A DNA stretch of 64,000 bases from the human T2T-CHM13v2.0 reference genome, Homo sapiens, in assembly GCF_009914755.1 (NCBI RefSeq), contig NC_060929.1; one strand, 5' to 3'. The notes under the pieces are model-generated. The model was not told where the DNA came from. It saw only the letters and a list, made by a program, of their open reading frames with translations, and made no database searches. Position numbers and translations under genes: made by a program. Below, piece by piece: positions 31,921 through 45,942 of the stretch. Each line of letters starts with the position of its first letter. Position 1 is the first letter of the stretch.

Positions 31921-32392
31921 CAGTGCTGTCCAGTAGAAATATAACATGAGCCACAAATGTAATTTAAAATTTCTAGTAACCACATCAAACAGTAAAAAGA
32001 AATATGTACCATTAGTTCTTATAATTACCTTATTTTAACCCAACAAATATCCAAAATGTCATTTCAACATGTAATCAATATAAAAATGAGATAGTTTACA
32101 TTCTTTCTTTGGTATTATCCTTTAAATCTGGTATGTAGTTTACATTTACAATGCATTTCAATTCAGATGCAAGTTTTTATTGGAAACCCTTGTTCTATAT
32201 TTAGAGTCCATAAAGTTTACAAAATGTCAGTTCATATTCAAGTTGATCCAAACATACTTAATGGTTTTTGAATCACTGAATCAAGTTAAATTCATCAAAA
32301 TTAATAAAAGTCCTAATTCTGTTTCTCAGTCACACTAGCCATGTTTCAAGGGCTCAATACCAGTGGCTAGTGGCTGCCATATTGTACTAGGC
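31921..32392. mobile_element. MER33/Charlie1-family hAT element
   Basis: TIR-like cagtgctgtccagtagaaatataacatgagccac start; ccatgtttcaagggctcaata...gtggctagtggctgccatattg end. Confidence 0.75.
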
Positions 32393-32509
32393 AGTCCAGG
32401 TCTAACAGAATAGATGAGGTGTATAAATGTGGGGAAGTGAATACATTCATGAAGAGATCATATAAAGAAGAGAGTCAAAGTCTGAATACTGCCTTTGTAC
32501 ACAACCTCT

Positions 32510-32800
32510 TCCTGACAGGAACTGTCTCTTTCTTTAGGACTCAACTTATATGTCAGCTTTTCTAGGAAATCTTCCATGGTACCCCCAAATTGGATTAGTT
32601 CCCCTCAAGTGTAAGATCCCAGAGTACCCTGTATGTCTACCATCTTCAGTTTGCCCTTCTATGTTTCAATTGCTCTCTATATATTTATATTTGCATTTCC
32701 CCCGAGTTTATAAACTTCATGTGGCCAGGAGCTGTCACTGTTAATTCCTCAATGCCAGATTCCCAATAAATTTTGTAGGAATGAATGAATGAATGAATGA
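32510..32800 (+). mobile_element. L2 3' end with (GAAT)n tail
   Basis: Ends in atgaatgaatgaatgaatgaa, the characteristic L2 tail. Confidence 0.6.
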
Positions 32801-33440
32801 AATGGCCAAGACTTGGAGGAAGAGGAAGAGGAAGGACTAGCCCTGCTAGAATGGAGAAACAGGCTGTGGAAGGGGTTCCAGGATGGTGCAAGGACCAGGG
32901 ATGAAGATAGAAGCTCAGTTCATGCAAAAGTCACCAGTGGCAAATGATTCTGAAGAGTCCAAGGAGATGTGAGCTAAGAAAACACGATCAGACTTAATAA
33001 GCAGGAAGCCACTTTTATGGGAGCCTACAAGAGACAATCAGATCAACCTAAGCTCAATACTTTTTTTATAAGTTCAAAAATGTATTGATGTCCTTGGTTT
33101 AAGAGTTTTTGATATTTTAAATATTGTGAGTAGACTGGATTCTAAGGCCGTGGTCCAGTTTTAATGTCTGGTCAGCTGAGGTTCTTCTAGTTACTGCAGT
33201 CTCCACCAATGACAGCTGTTAACTCTATATGCTAATTGAAATTGGGAGCGAATTGCAGCTGGCTTGGGGCATTTCGTGTGATTTATGGGCATCTGATCTA
33301 AAGATACTTAAAGGATGGAATTATTGGAGCCAGGAAGAGAGATGTGATTAATCAAAGAAGACAATTCAGTAAATGGCCCACTAAAACACTGCAGTATAAA
33401 CTAAAACAGGAACTCTAGTTCCATCTATTGAGGCAGGGGA

Positions 33441-33456
33441 GTGTGTGTGTGTGTGT

Positions 33457-33488
<32 letters not shown>
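33441..33488. repeat. (TG)n microsatellite
   Basis: About 24 units with one interruption. Confidence 0.95.
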
Positions 33489-35718
33489 TAAAGGGTATAA
33501 ACAGGATATAAAAGGTTTTTTTTCCAGCATATAGAGATTATGGTTGGGGGATTCTGAAGGACATATATTTATCTTTTAAGTTTGCTTACAATGTACCCAT
33601 CACCATCAGGAAATGTCAAGTTCCTAGCCCTGTGATTTCATCCTGAGGACTCCTGGGAGTTAGGGGAATCACCATGTGGGAAAAAAAAGACAATACCTTT
33701 TATTCAAATTTTTAAGGGCCAGTGTGAGTTGTCATCTTTCCATATTCCTGAGTATTCATTCATTTTTATCATAAGGCCTGTGGGTCTGCGGTTACCTTTG
33801 TCAAAATTACTGGCACTAAGAAACCAGGATGCAAGTTAAAAGTTCTCAGTATTTATCTAAATAGAAAAATAAGTGATTATCGGTAACATATAAGTGATTG
33901 TCTTGAATAATTGTTTATTTGTGCCTTCAGAGTTAACCTAGACTTATGTTCCTCCTGTCCAGTGGACTGTCTTATTTATTGCTGAAGACCTAACTCTGAC
34001 AGGCAGCTAGACATTTTTTCAGTAGCTGTGGACCATTAAAACAATTGGTCAGTTAAGTCCTTTCAGGAGGAAAATCTCTGACTTGTTTGTAACTGTGTAA
34101 GTAGGCACCTTCTGGGTCCACACAGCACAAATCCTAAATAGCAACACACACACTCACACTCACACTCACACTCACACACACAGCAGAAGAGAAATTCTTC
34201 TTAGAAAATCAGGTTAAAAAGGGAAGAGGGAAAAATTATGCCCAGCAAAGCAAGACATAGTGGTGCTGCTTCCCTCCCCATAGACACTAAGACTCAGTGT
34301 CCCCACCTCTGTCACCCTCCCCTACCCTACATATACACATGCACCCATTAACATGCATACATGCTTGCTTTTTCCACACTAACGCCCCTTCTTGTGTCAA
34401 CTCTAAAGTGAAAAGAATCTGGGGCCTAAGTTAGTGGAATACTCACAGAAATGGAAGCCATGGATGGATGGTATGGGTGGAGGTACGAAGAGATTCAGGT
34501 GGCATCTTTGCTTTTCCTCTGAAACTATCAAAGAAATGATTAGGAATGATATATGTGCTGAGAGATGTATTGATGACCTTTACAGAATGGAAATTGAAGA
34601 ACCAGAGATTAAAGATTAGAAACTCAAAATCTTTTAGCCCCAGAGTGTCCTAGTTCCCTAATTGGTAAGACAGGGGCCAGTGAGGCGGACACACCTTGAA
34701 GAAGGACTAACTAAGGATCACAGTGCTGTATTGACCTTAGCAAATGCTACAGAGGAGAGGAAATAACTGAGCCAGAACAATGATTGTGTCTTATGACCTG
34801 CCGTGTGCAACAGATGGGATGCTAAACACTTACAGGTACTTTTAATTGAATAATGCTTTCCCGTGGCCATATGCTGTGATTATTTGTATGCTTCCTGTTC
34901 ATGCTTTATTCATCTGTAGCTGTCACTCACTTAAAACCAACTTTCCCTTTCCATATCTAGGGATTGAAGTGGATACTGTGAAGTGTGAATGAGAAATAGA
35001 AAAAACATTGTTTACTGAGTACAGCTTATTTTCTCCTGCAACGTGATTATTTATTATCTGTGTGTTCATTTCAGATTATGAATTATTACTGCTGGTAATG
35101 CCTGTTCTTTCTTCCAGTTGCTGTGCATTGGCACACAGGAGCGAATATCAAATGCCAAGGGGAGGGTAATACAACATCGGGGAACTAGGGTAATTCTAAC
35201 AATCTATTGGGAAGAAAATCTGTGCACTTGAATTTTGAATTTAAGTCAAAGTTTTTAACAATTGTGGACCAAAAGTAGTCTTTCTTTTTGTATTAAAACA
35301 GAAAACAGTTGCCCCAACCAAAGCCTCTACAATGCCATATCATTAGCTTCTGAGATTAAATTTGACAATATAAGATTACATGCATGCTAATATTTCATAA
35401 ATAAATAATAAGGCATGCAAAAGTCAGCTCTCAGCCATCCCTTCCTCACCTGGCAAGGTATTTGATGACAGTGATTATTAGGTGACTGAAAGAGAATAAG
35501 CAAGGCCGTAATGAAGGAAAGAAATTAATTGCCCAAAACCTGGAGAGTTTTTGGTTCAGAGCTGCTAATGATCAAGTTATATGCATGTCCTATTTGCCAT
35601 TAAAATGCTGCAAAACTGGAAATATTCTCAATGGAAGAACACACTATTGTGTACTTTGGCCTGCCACGAGCATCATCTAGAACCCCTCAAATGCATAGCA
35701 CACATGTTCATAGGCAGC

Positions 35719-36448
<730 letters not shown>

Positions 36449-37319
36449 TGAACAATTTTTGAATGACTGAATGAAAAGAATTAGCCAGAAGTTCCTGTGT
36501 TGAGAGAAAAGGGTGGGTATTATTAGGAGGAGTGTGGTGATGCTGTGGTTGCAACTGGACCATTCAGAGAAAATAGCAATCAGTTTTTTAAAAATATTTA
36601 TATCCTTAATAAACCTGGAAGAAAAGTAAAATTCTAGATCCCCTATAAAGAGACAAGGAGAAAAGACTTGGATAGTCTCTCTTTGAGGGACACAGTTGGA
36701 AGTATACACACAGAAGTTCTCCAAGAGCTGCTTCTGTCATATCTTGTGATTTAAAGCTGATTGCAAGCAATTAGCAGCACTTCTGAGTTTATGAAAATGT
36801 TAAGTGGGTGGTTCTGTAGTAGATTTTGTTTACTCTAGAGCCCATTGTTTATTTTAATGCATTCAAACAAGAAATGCCTGATGCTAGATGTAAAATGTTT
36901 ATCAATTTTACATCTCCCCATAGTCACAAAGTTTAAAAAAAGACCATGTGAAGTAAATTGGAAAGATGCATGATGCAGTCCCATTATCCATTAAATATTC
37001 AACATTGGCTTTGGAAAATATTGTAGCACTGTAATTTAAAGCCAATTTGGGTAGCATTTTAATAAGATTTGAGGCTTTTGAATAATTGTGTTAATACCAG
37101 CAGCTGCTTTTATTTGGTTAGTAAGATGACTAATTCTATAATTAATATATTTAACAAAAATATACTGAAAATATATTCATCTTGTCATTAAGATGTCCAT
37201 TTGTACAGGTTTCTCTTTAACATGAAAAGATAGTGTGAGGATATCATTGCCTCCCTCTGCTATGATGAAAATGATGGCAGGTAGGTGTGTGTTGCTGATG
37301 CGCATGGCTGTGTTTTTGT

Positions 37320-37450
37320 GCGGCGTCAGTGGCAGCACTGAGCGAGACCCAATCGAAGACTCTGCAGAGCCATGGGGTATATAAATCTTCAGAGTCTCTG
37401 ACTCAGTCAACCATACAGCAGCTCAATTTTGTGCCACAATCCTGGTAATG
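37320..37450 (+). promoter_or_regulatory. Candidate TATA promoter or enhancer
   Basis: CGTCA 37324, CCAAT 37349, TATATAAA 37378-37385, TGACTCA 37399-37405, in locally CpG-retaining unique DNA. Motif evidence only. Confidence 0.3.
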
Positions 37451-38787
37451 AGATTTTTCCATGGTATTGGCTTAACATTACCCCTCAATGGGAACGTTTT
37501 ATTCTGAACGTTTGCTTTGTGGAATGATCTTTCAGTTCTCTCTCAAAGTCACTCCTCCACAACATAGAAATCAGGTGTGAAATTCAAATAATTGAAGACC
37601 TTAATTCTTCATTGTGTACCCAAGTTTCGAGGGTTACTGCCTTGGTAAAGAAATGTTGGCAGGTGCTCCATCTTTGCCTCACTCTCTTCTCCATGTCATT
37701 CTGGCTGTTCTTTTATTGCGCGTCCTGCTTTTTTTTAAAATATGATGAAGAAAAGTTCAAACCTAACTGGTAAATTAAATAAAATACCTAACATTGCTAT
37801 TATTTAACTTGATTTTTGTTTCCTACATGTGTTTTAAACCAAAAAAATACTTTATATTTTTAAAATAGGACATTAGGGCTCTCAGCAATGTCCTGACTGA
37901 AATCTTGCCTCTCTCCTTTGGCACACTGTGGTTTATTGTTGTTGCTGTCATTTCACGTTGTTGTTGCTACCTCATTTGCACTAAATAAGCGTTCTGTGGA
38001 AACAGCATCTGAGCCACTGCTTTCCACCCGTGTTCTAGATGCATCCAATAGGTTTTACTAGAGGAAAGGTGCTATGTGTCCACTTGGAAAAACTGCTAGA
38101 GACACTCTTCCTCTTTGAGTCATAATGGATTGGGGTTCACCCCTGCCCCACTGACAGCAGCCTATCTGCACTTGATTGAGGTTGTCTGAGAAGGGTCTCC
38201 GCTCCTGGGTCAGCATTAGAAGCCTGGAGTGAAGGAGGAACAGGCTACACTGGCTATGCTGGCTCAGTACTAAGCAGAAAACGATATCATCAAGAGCAAA
38301 ACCCAATTATTTGTAGCCAGATGGGCACAGATTAATTTCTCTTGAAATCTCAATGGACGTTTTTTTTTCTTGTGATTCTCTTTTTATAAAAGAGAAGATT
38401 AAAAGGGCTTCTTGCCCTTGCCTACAAGAAGGGCAGCCATCAGCTGTGTATTATGAGAGCTCTTAAGTTACTTACGATCTGAAAACTACCAGGTAGACCC
38501 CACACCTCCATTCCTGGGGTCCTATTGTTTCCCCGACCCACTGCAGTTACCACAGCATGTGCATCAGGAGCATTTCCCACATCTAGGGAAATGTAGTAGC
38601 ATGTTGATTCAGAACTGATTCCCTTTAAATGCTTCCTCTTATGTCATGCATTATTATTCAAGTCACTCACTATTCTGAGAAACATTGTAGGGTTCCCCAC
38701 ACATAAAACAAAGCATCACGGCAGCCATGTTTTCAGACTTTGGCATGCAATAGAGTCACCTGCAGGGCTCATCAAAGCACAGGTTGT

Positions 38788-39095
38788 GTCCAGGCATGGT
38801 GGCTCATGCCTGTAATCCCAGTGCTTTGGGAGATTGAGGCAGGAGGATCGCTTGAGTCCAGGAGTTCAAGACCAGTCTGGGCAATATGACAAGACCCTGT
38901 CTCTACAGAAAAAATAATAATAATAATAATTAGCTGGGGGTGGCAGCTCATACCTGTCATCCTAGCTACTCAGGAGGCTGAGGTGGAAAGATGCTTGAGC
39001 CCAGGAGTTAGAGGCTTCGGTGAACTATGATTGTGTCATTGCCCTCCAGCCTGGACAACAGTGTGAGACCCTGTCTCAAAAAACAAACAAAATAT
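38788..39095 (+). mobile_element. AluJ-like inserted in MER5A (~38720-39243)
   Basis: Dimer with (TAA)n linker. MER5A motifs on both sides (gagtcacctgcagggctc; atttgcatctctaacacaaccccaggtgat). Confidence 0.9.
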
Positions 39096-39645
39096 TAAAC
39101 ACACACACACAGAGGTTGCCAGGTCTCACCCCACCATTTCTGATTCCAGTGGTCTGGATGGAACCAGGGAATTTGCATCTCTAACACAACCCCAGGTGAT
39201 ACTCACTCTGCTGATATAAGCGCCACACTTTAAGAACCAGTGGTATCCAGTGTCAGAGCTATCCATGCACCTATTCTTTATTTTATTGTTTGAAGTTCAG
39301 GAGACCAGGGTTTTGAGCTTGCTAACAAGGTCTCTTTATTCCAGGGACTGACATCACTTATGTACATGACCACTTAATCATTAATTTAATCATTAAACTA
39401 GGATTGTTAGCATGAAAACAACAGTACATAACACTGACATAGAATTTGAGTTTACAAAACACTTTTACTCCATTACCTCATTCAAGCCTGCAGACAAGCC
39501 CAAAGATTATTGTTATTATTTCTATTCTGCAGATGACAAAACTGAGGTTCGGAATTAGGAGCATTAACCAGACTAATTCCAGAGCTTTTTGATCTTCAAA
39601 CTAGAGTATGCAAACTCACTGTCCAAGGAGTATATGCAGTGATGC

Positions 39646-39948
39646 TTTTTTTGTTGTTGTTTTTGAGACAGAATCTCACTTTGTCTCCCAGACTGGAGTA
39701 CAATGGTGCGATCTTGGCTCACTGCAACCTCTGCCTCCTGAGTTCAAGTGATTCTTCTGCCTCAGCCTCCCAAGTAGCTGGGACTACAGGCTCCCACCAC
39801 CATGCCCAGCTAATTTTTTGTATTTTTAGTAGAGATGGGGTTTTGCCATGTTGGCCAGGCTGGTCTCAAACTCCTGATCTCAGGTGATCCTACCCGCCTT
39901 GGCCTCCCAAAGTGCTGGGATTACAGGCGTGAACCACCGCTCCCAGCC
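39646..39948 (-). mobile_element. AluS
   Basis: Full dimer flanked by gcagtgat on both sides. Confidence 0.95.
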
Positions 39949-39989
39949 GCAGTGATACATTTAAGAAAGTCAATTTTAAGAAACTCCAC

Positions 39990-41080
39990 ATCCATAAGCA
40001 CTCTTTCCTTAAACTGATCTCCCTGAGAACACAACCTTCTTCTAATCTATGAAAGAAAGATATAATTTTCACTAGCATCAAGTTAGTAACCTCTGGGCTC
40101 TGAACAAAGAGGTGATTCAAAATATTGGTATAGCTGGTGAGAACGTGACTCACTCTAAATAGGCAAGTAATAAATCCTTTTGTGGTCAGGTGGTTTCGAA
40201 TATTTTTCTTTTAACAACATTGAAAAAGAATCAAATAAGCTAGTAGATCGTTAACAATTTTGATGATGGATAACTAAGTGAACTCAGAGTTCACAGAATT
40301 GAGTGATGTAGCCATAAAAGTAAAACTCCTTCCATTTGTATCTATTATATGAGTAAGAATTAATGACAAACTCTGTCTCATTCTATCAACAAGTAATATT
40401 CATCCATGGATACATGAGCCAATTGGGGAAAAAACCCTCCACTTCATGTTATTAAAAGATAAATATCCAATACAACTTTATTTTTTAGTTTAAAAATTAT
40501 CAAAGATTGTGTAATACATATTGTTATATTGATCAATTGTGTAATAATAACTGCAATAATGGCTCAATCGATAGAGTTTTATCACTTAAAGAGCTTGTGG
40601 TCACAGGACTCTTACCTTTTAAATTTAGATACATGTGTTTGTTGCAGAGAATTATAACAGGTTGATCAATAAAATCAGAAAAAGCATGATTCATGCCTAA
40701 AAATGTACTGCATTAGGTTAGAATTCTGTGCAGATAGTGGAATGGAAATTCAAGGTCAAAGAGAAAGAAGAAACATAAAATCTCCTTTTGTGGGTTGATT
40801 TTTGTTTTTTTATGTTTTTTGCTTTTTGGTTTTTTTGAGACGAGATCTCACTCTGTCGCCCAGGCTGGAGTGCAGTGGCATGATCTTGGTTCACTGCAAC
40901 CTCAGTCTCCCGGGCTCAAGCGAAAATCTCCTTTGGATCAAAACTAGTCTGTGGGGTTTTCAAGTGGCCAGTGACAGGTTCAAAATTGCTATGGTACTTA
41001 GATTCCATTGGCTACATTTTAAAGATTAATGACATGGTTTTATTTAAAGATGCTGTTATTTGCAATATGCCAGAAATTTT
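39990..41080 (+). mobile_element. hAT-Charlie DNA transposon relic
   Basis: aaactccttccatttgtatcta...attcatccatggatacatgag resembles the Charlie transposase C-terminus. Boundaries approximate. Confidence 0.45.
40789..40922 (-). mobile_element. Severely 5'-truncated Alu (end of right arm plus tail)
   Basis: Exact TSD aaaatctccttt at 40777-40788 / 40923-40934. Confidence 0.92.
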
Positions 41081-41526
41081 ACCATTTAGGATGGGAGGGA
41101 AATGGTTTCTCATAATTCTTTGGGATTAGATGAGCATAAAGTGTGGTTCCATATTACTCACCTCTAATTACTCAACGCATCCAGCCGTTTCTGGGACAGT
41201 TCTATTCCTTTCCCCACCACCTCTCCTCCCTAAGGAAAAAAAAAAAAAAAAAAAATCTCACCTTTCCTTACTACGAAGATTTTATCTTTGTGAAATCAAT
41301 GTTTCTTAGTTATTTAATATTACCGAGTCAAAATCTTTTAGCTTTACCTACAGGCATAATTTAACTTAGAAACGATTATCTCCATGTATTATGAGAAGAA
41401 AAACTAGTTCAATTTTCTCCCTATCATAAGTTTTTAAAGATTCTGCTGAAGACTATTCTCACTGAGTTTCAAAAACTTGAACTGCTTCCCTCATTAGACT
41501 TGGCAGAAGGTAGAAATGTAATGCAT

Positions 41527-41765
41527 TGTCTGGGTGCAGGAGCTCACACCTGTAATCCAAGCACTTTCAGAGGCCAAGGCAGGAGCATTGCTTGAGGCCA
41601 GGAGTTTGAGACCAGCCTGGGCAACATAGGGAGAAACCACCTCCCTGTCTCTATTATTAAATATATGTGTTATTATATATATATATATGTGTGTGTGTGT
41701 ATATATATATGTGTGTGTATATATATATGTGTGTATATATATGTGTGTGTATATATATGTGTGTG

Positions 41766-41799
<34 letters not shown>

Positions 41800-41817
41800 T
41801 ATTAAAAATTTAAAAAT
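41527..41817 (+). mobile_element. FLAM/Alu left monomer with compound (TA/TG/AG)n tail
   Basis: TSD aaatgtaatgcat at 41514-41526 / 41818-41830. Confidence 0.9.
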
Positions 41818-44672
41818 AAATGTAATGCATCTACACATCCAGCCAGCCAATGTGGCATAATAACAGCATTATTTGCATCCCTACTTTTCCATCTATTCCT
41901 TGAGAGTGTCGGTGAAAGTGGTTCTGAGAGCCCCAGCTGGAGTGAGACAGAAGGCAAACATTACTCAAACCTCCATGTTTAGCTTTACAATGGTGTCACT
42001 CACTTGATCTCACTCTTTTAGCCCTTATGAACTGCCTATTTTCCATGGAAATTTCCAGGCATGGAAGGTAACATCTGACATAGATATGCCCAAACATTCA
42101 ATGTGAAATAAATACACAGACTGCCTCTGATGTGTTCTGAACCATAATTCAGATTTCAAAAATCTTAATGAATGAAGCTTCTACTTTCCCCAAGACTGTC
42201 ACTAAATCTTCTCATGGCTTAATTAAATACTAATAATTGTACTAAATCCAAAATGTTAATTATGTTTATCTCTGAGTGATGAAACTTGGAGTTATTTACT
42301 TCTTTTATTTTCTGTATTGCTTGCCACATAGACATGTATTATTATTGTAACCAAGAAACAATCACATTGCTATCTGAGGGTAGAAGAAAATGATCAAAAG
42401 CATCTGAGACAGGCATATTGGCTGGGGTCCACCCCTTTTCCTGGTACAAATGAGACTCTAAGTGTTGATTTATATTTATTTTTTATAAATCCTCTCTCCA
42501 CCCCACCCCCAAATGGATTTTACTTTGTCTACATTTTTTAATACTCACTGTCAGGAAATACTCTGTTAACCTAAGATTTTGAGCTTTTCCCTATTATTCT
42601 GTCCTATGGAAAGAAGAACAGTTATTCATATAATATTAATGATCACTCTTAATATCATTAAAAAGCTCTGTGGATCTCTCCAGTAATTTCTAATACATCA
42701 AGGTAGCCAAAGATTGTTTTGCAGATAAATTTATTTTCCTGCCAGGGATTTTTAAAACCATAAAGCATTATCAAAATCATAAAGTATATGTTTCTAGCTC
42801 ACTCTTTTGAATCTGTCTGTTTTCCCAGACTGGAATTCACAAACGCATTCTGGTTATAATGATAGCACGTGGTTTGGAGACAGGATCAGCCGGTCTGGAG
42901 ACCATCTTTCCATGTCACCCAAGCCTCCCATGCAGGGACCCTGTCTTCCTCCACCCCAGAATGTCCATGGTTGTCCCTTTCCTTTGTCCCTGGTTCTAGA
43001 GTCCTTTTCTCACTGGTCCTTCAGGAATGTATCACATTTCCTTCTTAACTGTGGCCCTAGAGTGGTCCTTTGGCCCCACTGTCCTAGCTTGGATCTCTGT
43101 CTGTCTAGCCAGGCATCCCTTTGCTCTATTAGATTTTCCCTACCAAATCCCAGTCCGTGGGTTGCCATCAAGTAACCCTTACATGTCAGCACCGTGCCTG
43201 TGAAAGCCAAGCCCCTCACCTGGTGAAATCGTTATCAGAGTGGTCACGCCTGGCCACCTTATGCGCCCCCCTCACCCCTCAGGTTCTGCTGAGCCACTGG
43301 GCCACTGGAGGAGGGACTGCCTCACCTGAGACTCTCATCTCCGCAGCCACCTCCCACCAAATGCCCAGTTCTTCCTGCCTCTTCCTTCAACTTGGCTCCC
43401 ATCTCAGCCCTTCTGGGGGAAGAGGGCTCAGATTCTTACAATCTCCATAGAAAGGAAATACAGTGTCAGGCCAGTTTGCCTGATGCCTTTTTAAAAATCA
43501 ATAAAGGGGACAGAATGCAAAATATGTGCTAGGTTGTTTTTATGAAATGCAAGGCAAAAAATGCCCCATTAAACATTTCTTCTCTGCAGCCCTTGCTCTC
43601 AAGGGCACATGCTTGACCCTTGGGTTCTTAAGACTTTCACCAAGGCCACTTTGTGCTTTGCCTGCTCTGCCTGAGTCTCTGGCCCTCAGAGCTAGAGGGT
43701 GGGGCTGGCCTTCCAGTCTGTATCTGTCCCCTGGGGGAGTACCTTTTCAGGCTGAATTTAAGAATGCAGCAATTGACTTAGAATGCAGACTCATTGAGTG
43801 AATGTGAGCCCTGGAGGAAAGAAAAATCACTGTCACTTCTGTGGCCCCCAGGTTTGACACTTTCAGGGCAACCCCAGAGTCTGAATTGCTTGGAACATCC
43901 ACTCACGCATGCAAGTGAAAGTCATCAGGGAAGAGGCTTTTAATAGCGCAGCGTCTGTGTGTCTCTTGTGAACCCAGGGTGCCCTCAAGTGTTGGCTAGG
44001 GTTAATCACAAGCCGCTGTTTCTGAGAACACCCTAGAATGAAGCAACCCTTAAACGTTTTAGCTTTGTGACTTGTGTCCATCACTCTTAATTTTCTGCAG
44101 AAGCTTTTTCCTGCCTTTGTTACTTCTGTAAATTCAGTCTATCAGAGGGCTTATGTGGTACTTTTAAAAACTCACTTTGATTTGCCTTTGTGCAAATTGA
44201 ACTCTGAAAGAGAGCAGTTTCCAGGGAAATTCATCTCCCAGCAAGAATCCTGCCTGCTACCAAATCATCTTTTAATCTGCCCCCCGCTTTAAAATGTCAT
44301 TATATTTTCCTTATACAGACCTTCATAAAACTTACAAACACTGTCTAGTTTACATCTTCATTTTGCTCTCACAAGGCCAAAAAACTTGTTAAACAGACTT
44401 AATGAACGAGTTCCTCTTGATCGGGGTTGTAAGTTTCTAAAATTGCATTTGAACTTCTACCTGCCTCTAGCTGAATGAAAATTGCCTCCAGACATCTGAA
44501 GTCTTTTTCTTCCTTTCATTTTGCTTAATCTACCTCTGTATCAAAGCACATTTCCATTTTGTTTAGGCCAGTTGTCAGACTCTAGGCATTTGCAGATTTT
44601 AGAAACCTGCACAGGTGTTCTGATGTGCCGTAAACTTCCAGAGCCACTGAATTCAGCAAAGAAATTCCTTGA

Positions 44673-45201
44673 TGTTCCTACTTATTAATCTTATTAATTA
44701 ACATATATCTTATATATTAATCTTTATACTTATTGTTGTCACTGGGGCTAAATAGTCTCTATAGCTCGTGGTGGGGGGCTGTAGTGTATGTGTGTGTGTG
44801 TGTAGTGTGTGTGTGGTATCTGTATGGTGTGTAGTGTGTGTGTGGTATCTGTATGGTGTGTGTACTACATGGTTGTATGTGGTTGGGGTGTGGGGGGTGC
44901 GTGTAGTATGTGTGGGGTAGCGTGGTATGGTTTGTTCCTACTTATTAATCTTATTAATTAACATATATCTTATATATTAATCTTTATACTTATTGTTGTC
45001 ACTGGGGCTAAATAGTCTCTATAGCTCGTGGTGGGGGGCTGTAGTGTATGTGTGTGTGTGTGTGTGTGTGTGTAGTGTGTGTGTGGTATCTGTATGGTGT
45101 GTAGTGTGTGTGTGGTATCTGTATGGTGTGTGTACTACATGGTTGTATGTGTTGGGGTGTGGGGGGTGCGTGTAGTATGTGTGGGGTAGTGTGGTATGGT
45201 T
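44673..45201. repeat. Tandem duplication (260 bp + 269 bp copies)
   Basis: Both copies begin tgttcctacttattaatcttattaattaac, at 44673 and 44933. Confidence 0.97.
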
Positions 45202-45942
45202 TGTGTGTGGGTAATGTGCAGTATATGGGTGTGTGTAGTGTGGGGGATAGCGGTGTGTATGGGTGTGTGGGAGTGTCCTGTGTGTGAGGGTGGTGTGTGG
45301 TGTGGTGTATGAGCGTGTGGTGTATGAGTCTGTGGTTTGTGTATGTGTGGGGGGACATGGATATGTGTGGTATGGGGTGTCTATAGTGTCAGCAGATGGT
45401 AGTGTGTGTGGGTGTGGGTATGTAGGTGTAGTGTGCATGGAAGTGTGGCGTGTGTGTGGTGTGGTGTGTGGTATGTATAGGTGTGTAGGTAGGTGTATGT
45501 GTGTGTATGAGTGTGTAGTGTGTTGGGTGTGGACGCATGTAGTGTGTGGTATATGGGTGTATGTAGTATAGATGGTGTGTCTATGGTGTGTAATATATGG
45601 GTATATGTAGTATGGATGGTGTGTGTGGTAGGTGTATGTGGTGTGTGTGTGCAGTGTGTGGGGTTTGAACATGTGTGGTGTGATATATGGGTGTGTGTGG
45701 TGTGTGTATGTGTATGTGTGTGGTGTATGTGTAGTGTGTGGGGTATAGACGTGTGGTGTGTGATATATGGGTGTATGTAGTATGGGGTGTGTGTGTAGTG
45801 TGTGGGGTGTGGATTGTGTGGTGTATGGTATATGATATATGTGTTTATGTAGTATGGGGGGTGTGGTATGTGGTGTGTGTGAAGTGTGTGGGGGTGTGGT
45901 GTATGGTATATGGGGTGTGTGTGTGTGTGTGTATGTGTGTGT
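45040..45942. repeat. Degenerate TG-rich low-complexity tract
   Basis: Mixed TG/TGG/TATG/TAG units; source of the His/Thr-rich ORFs. Confidence 0.95.

Noticed and set aside
41236-41255. Isolated poly(A) run as a retro-insertion
   Set aside because: No TSD or element body visible.
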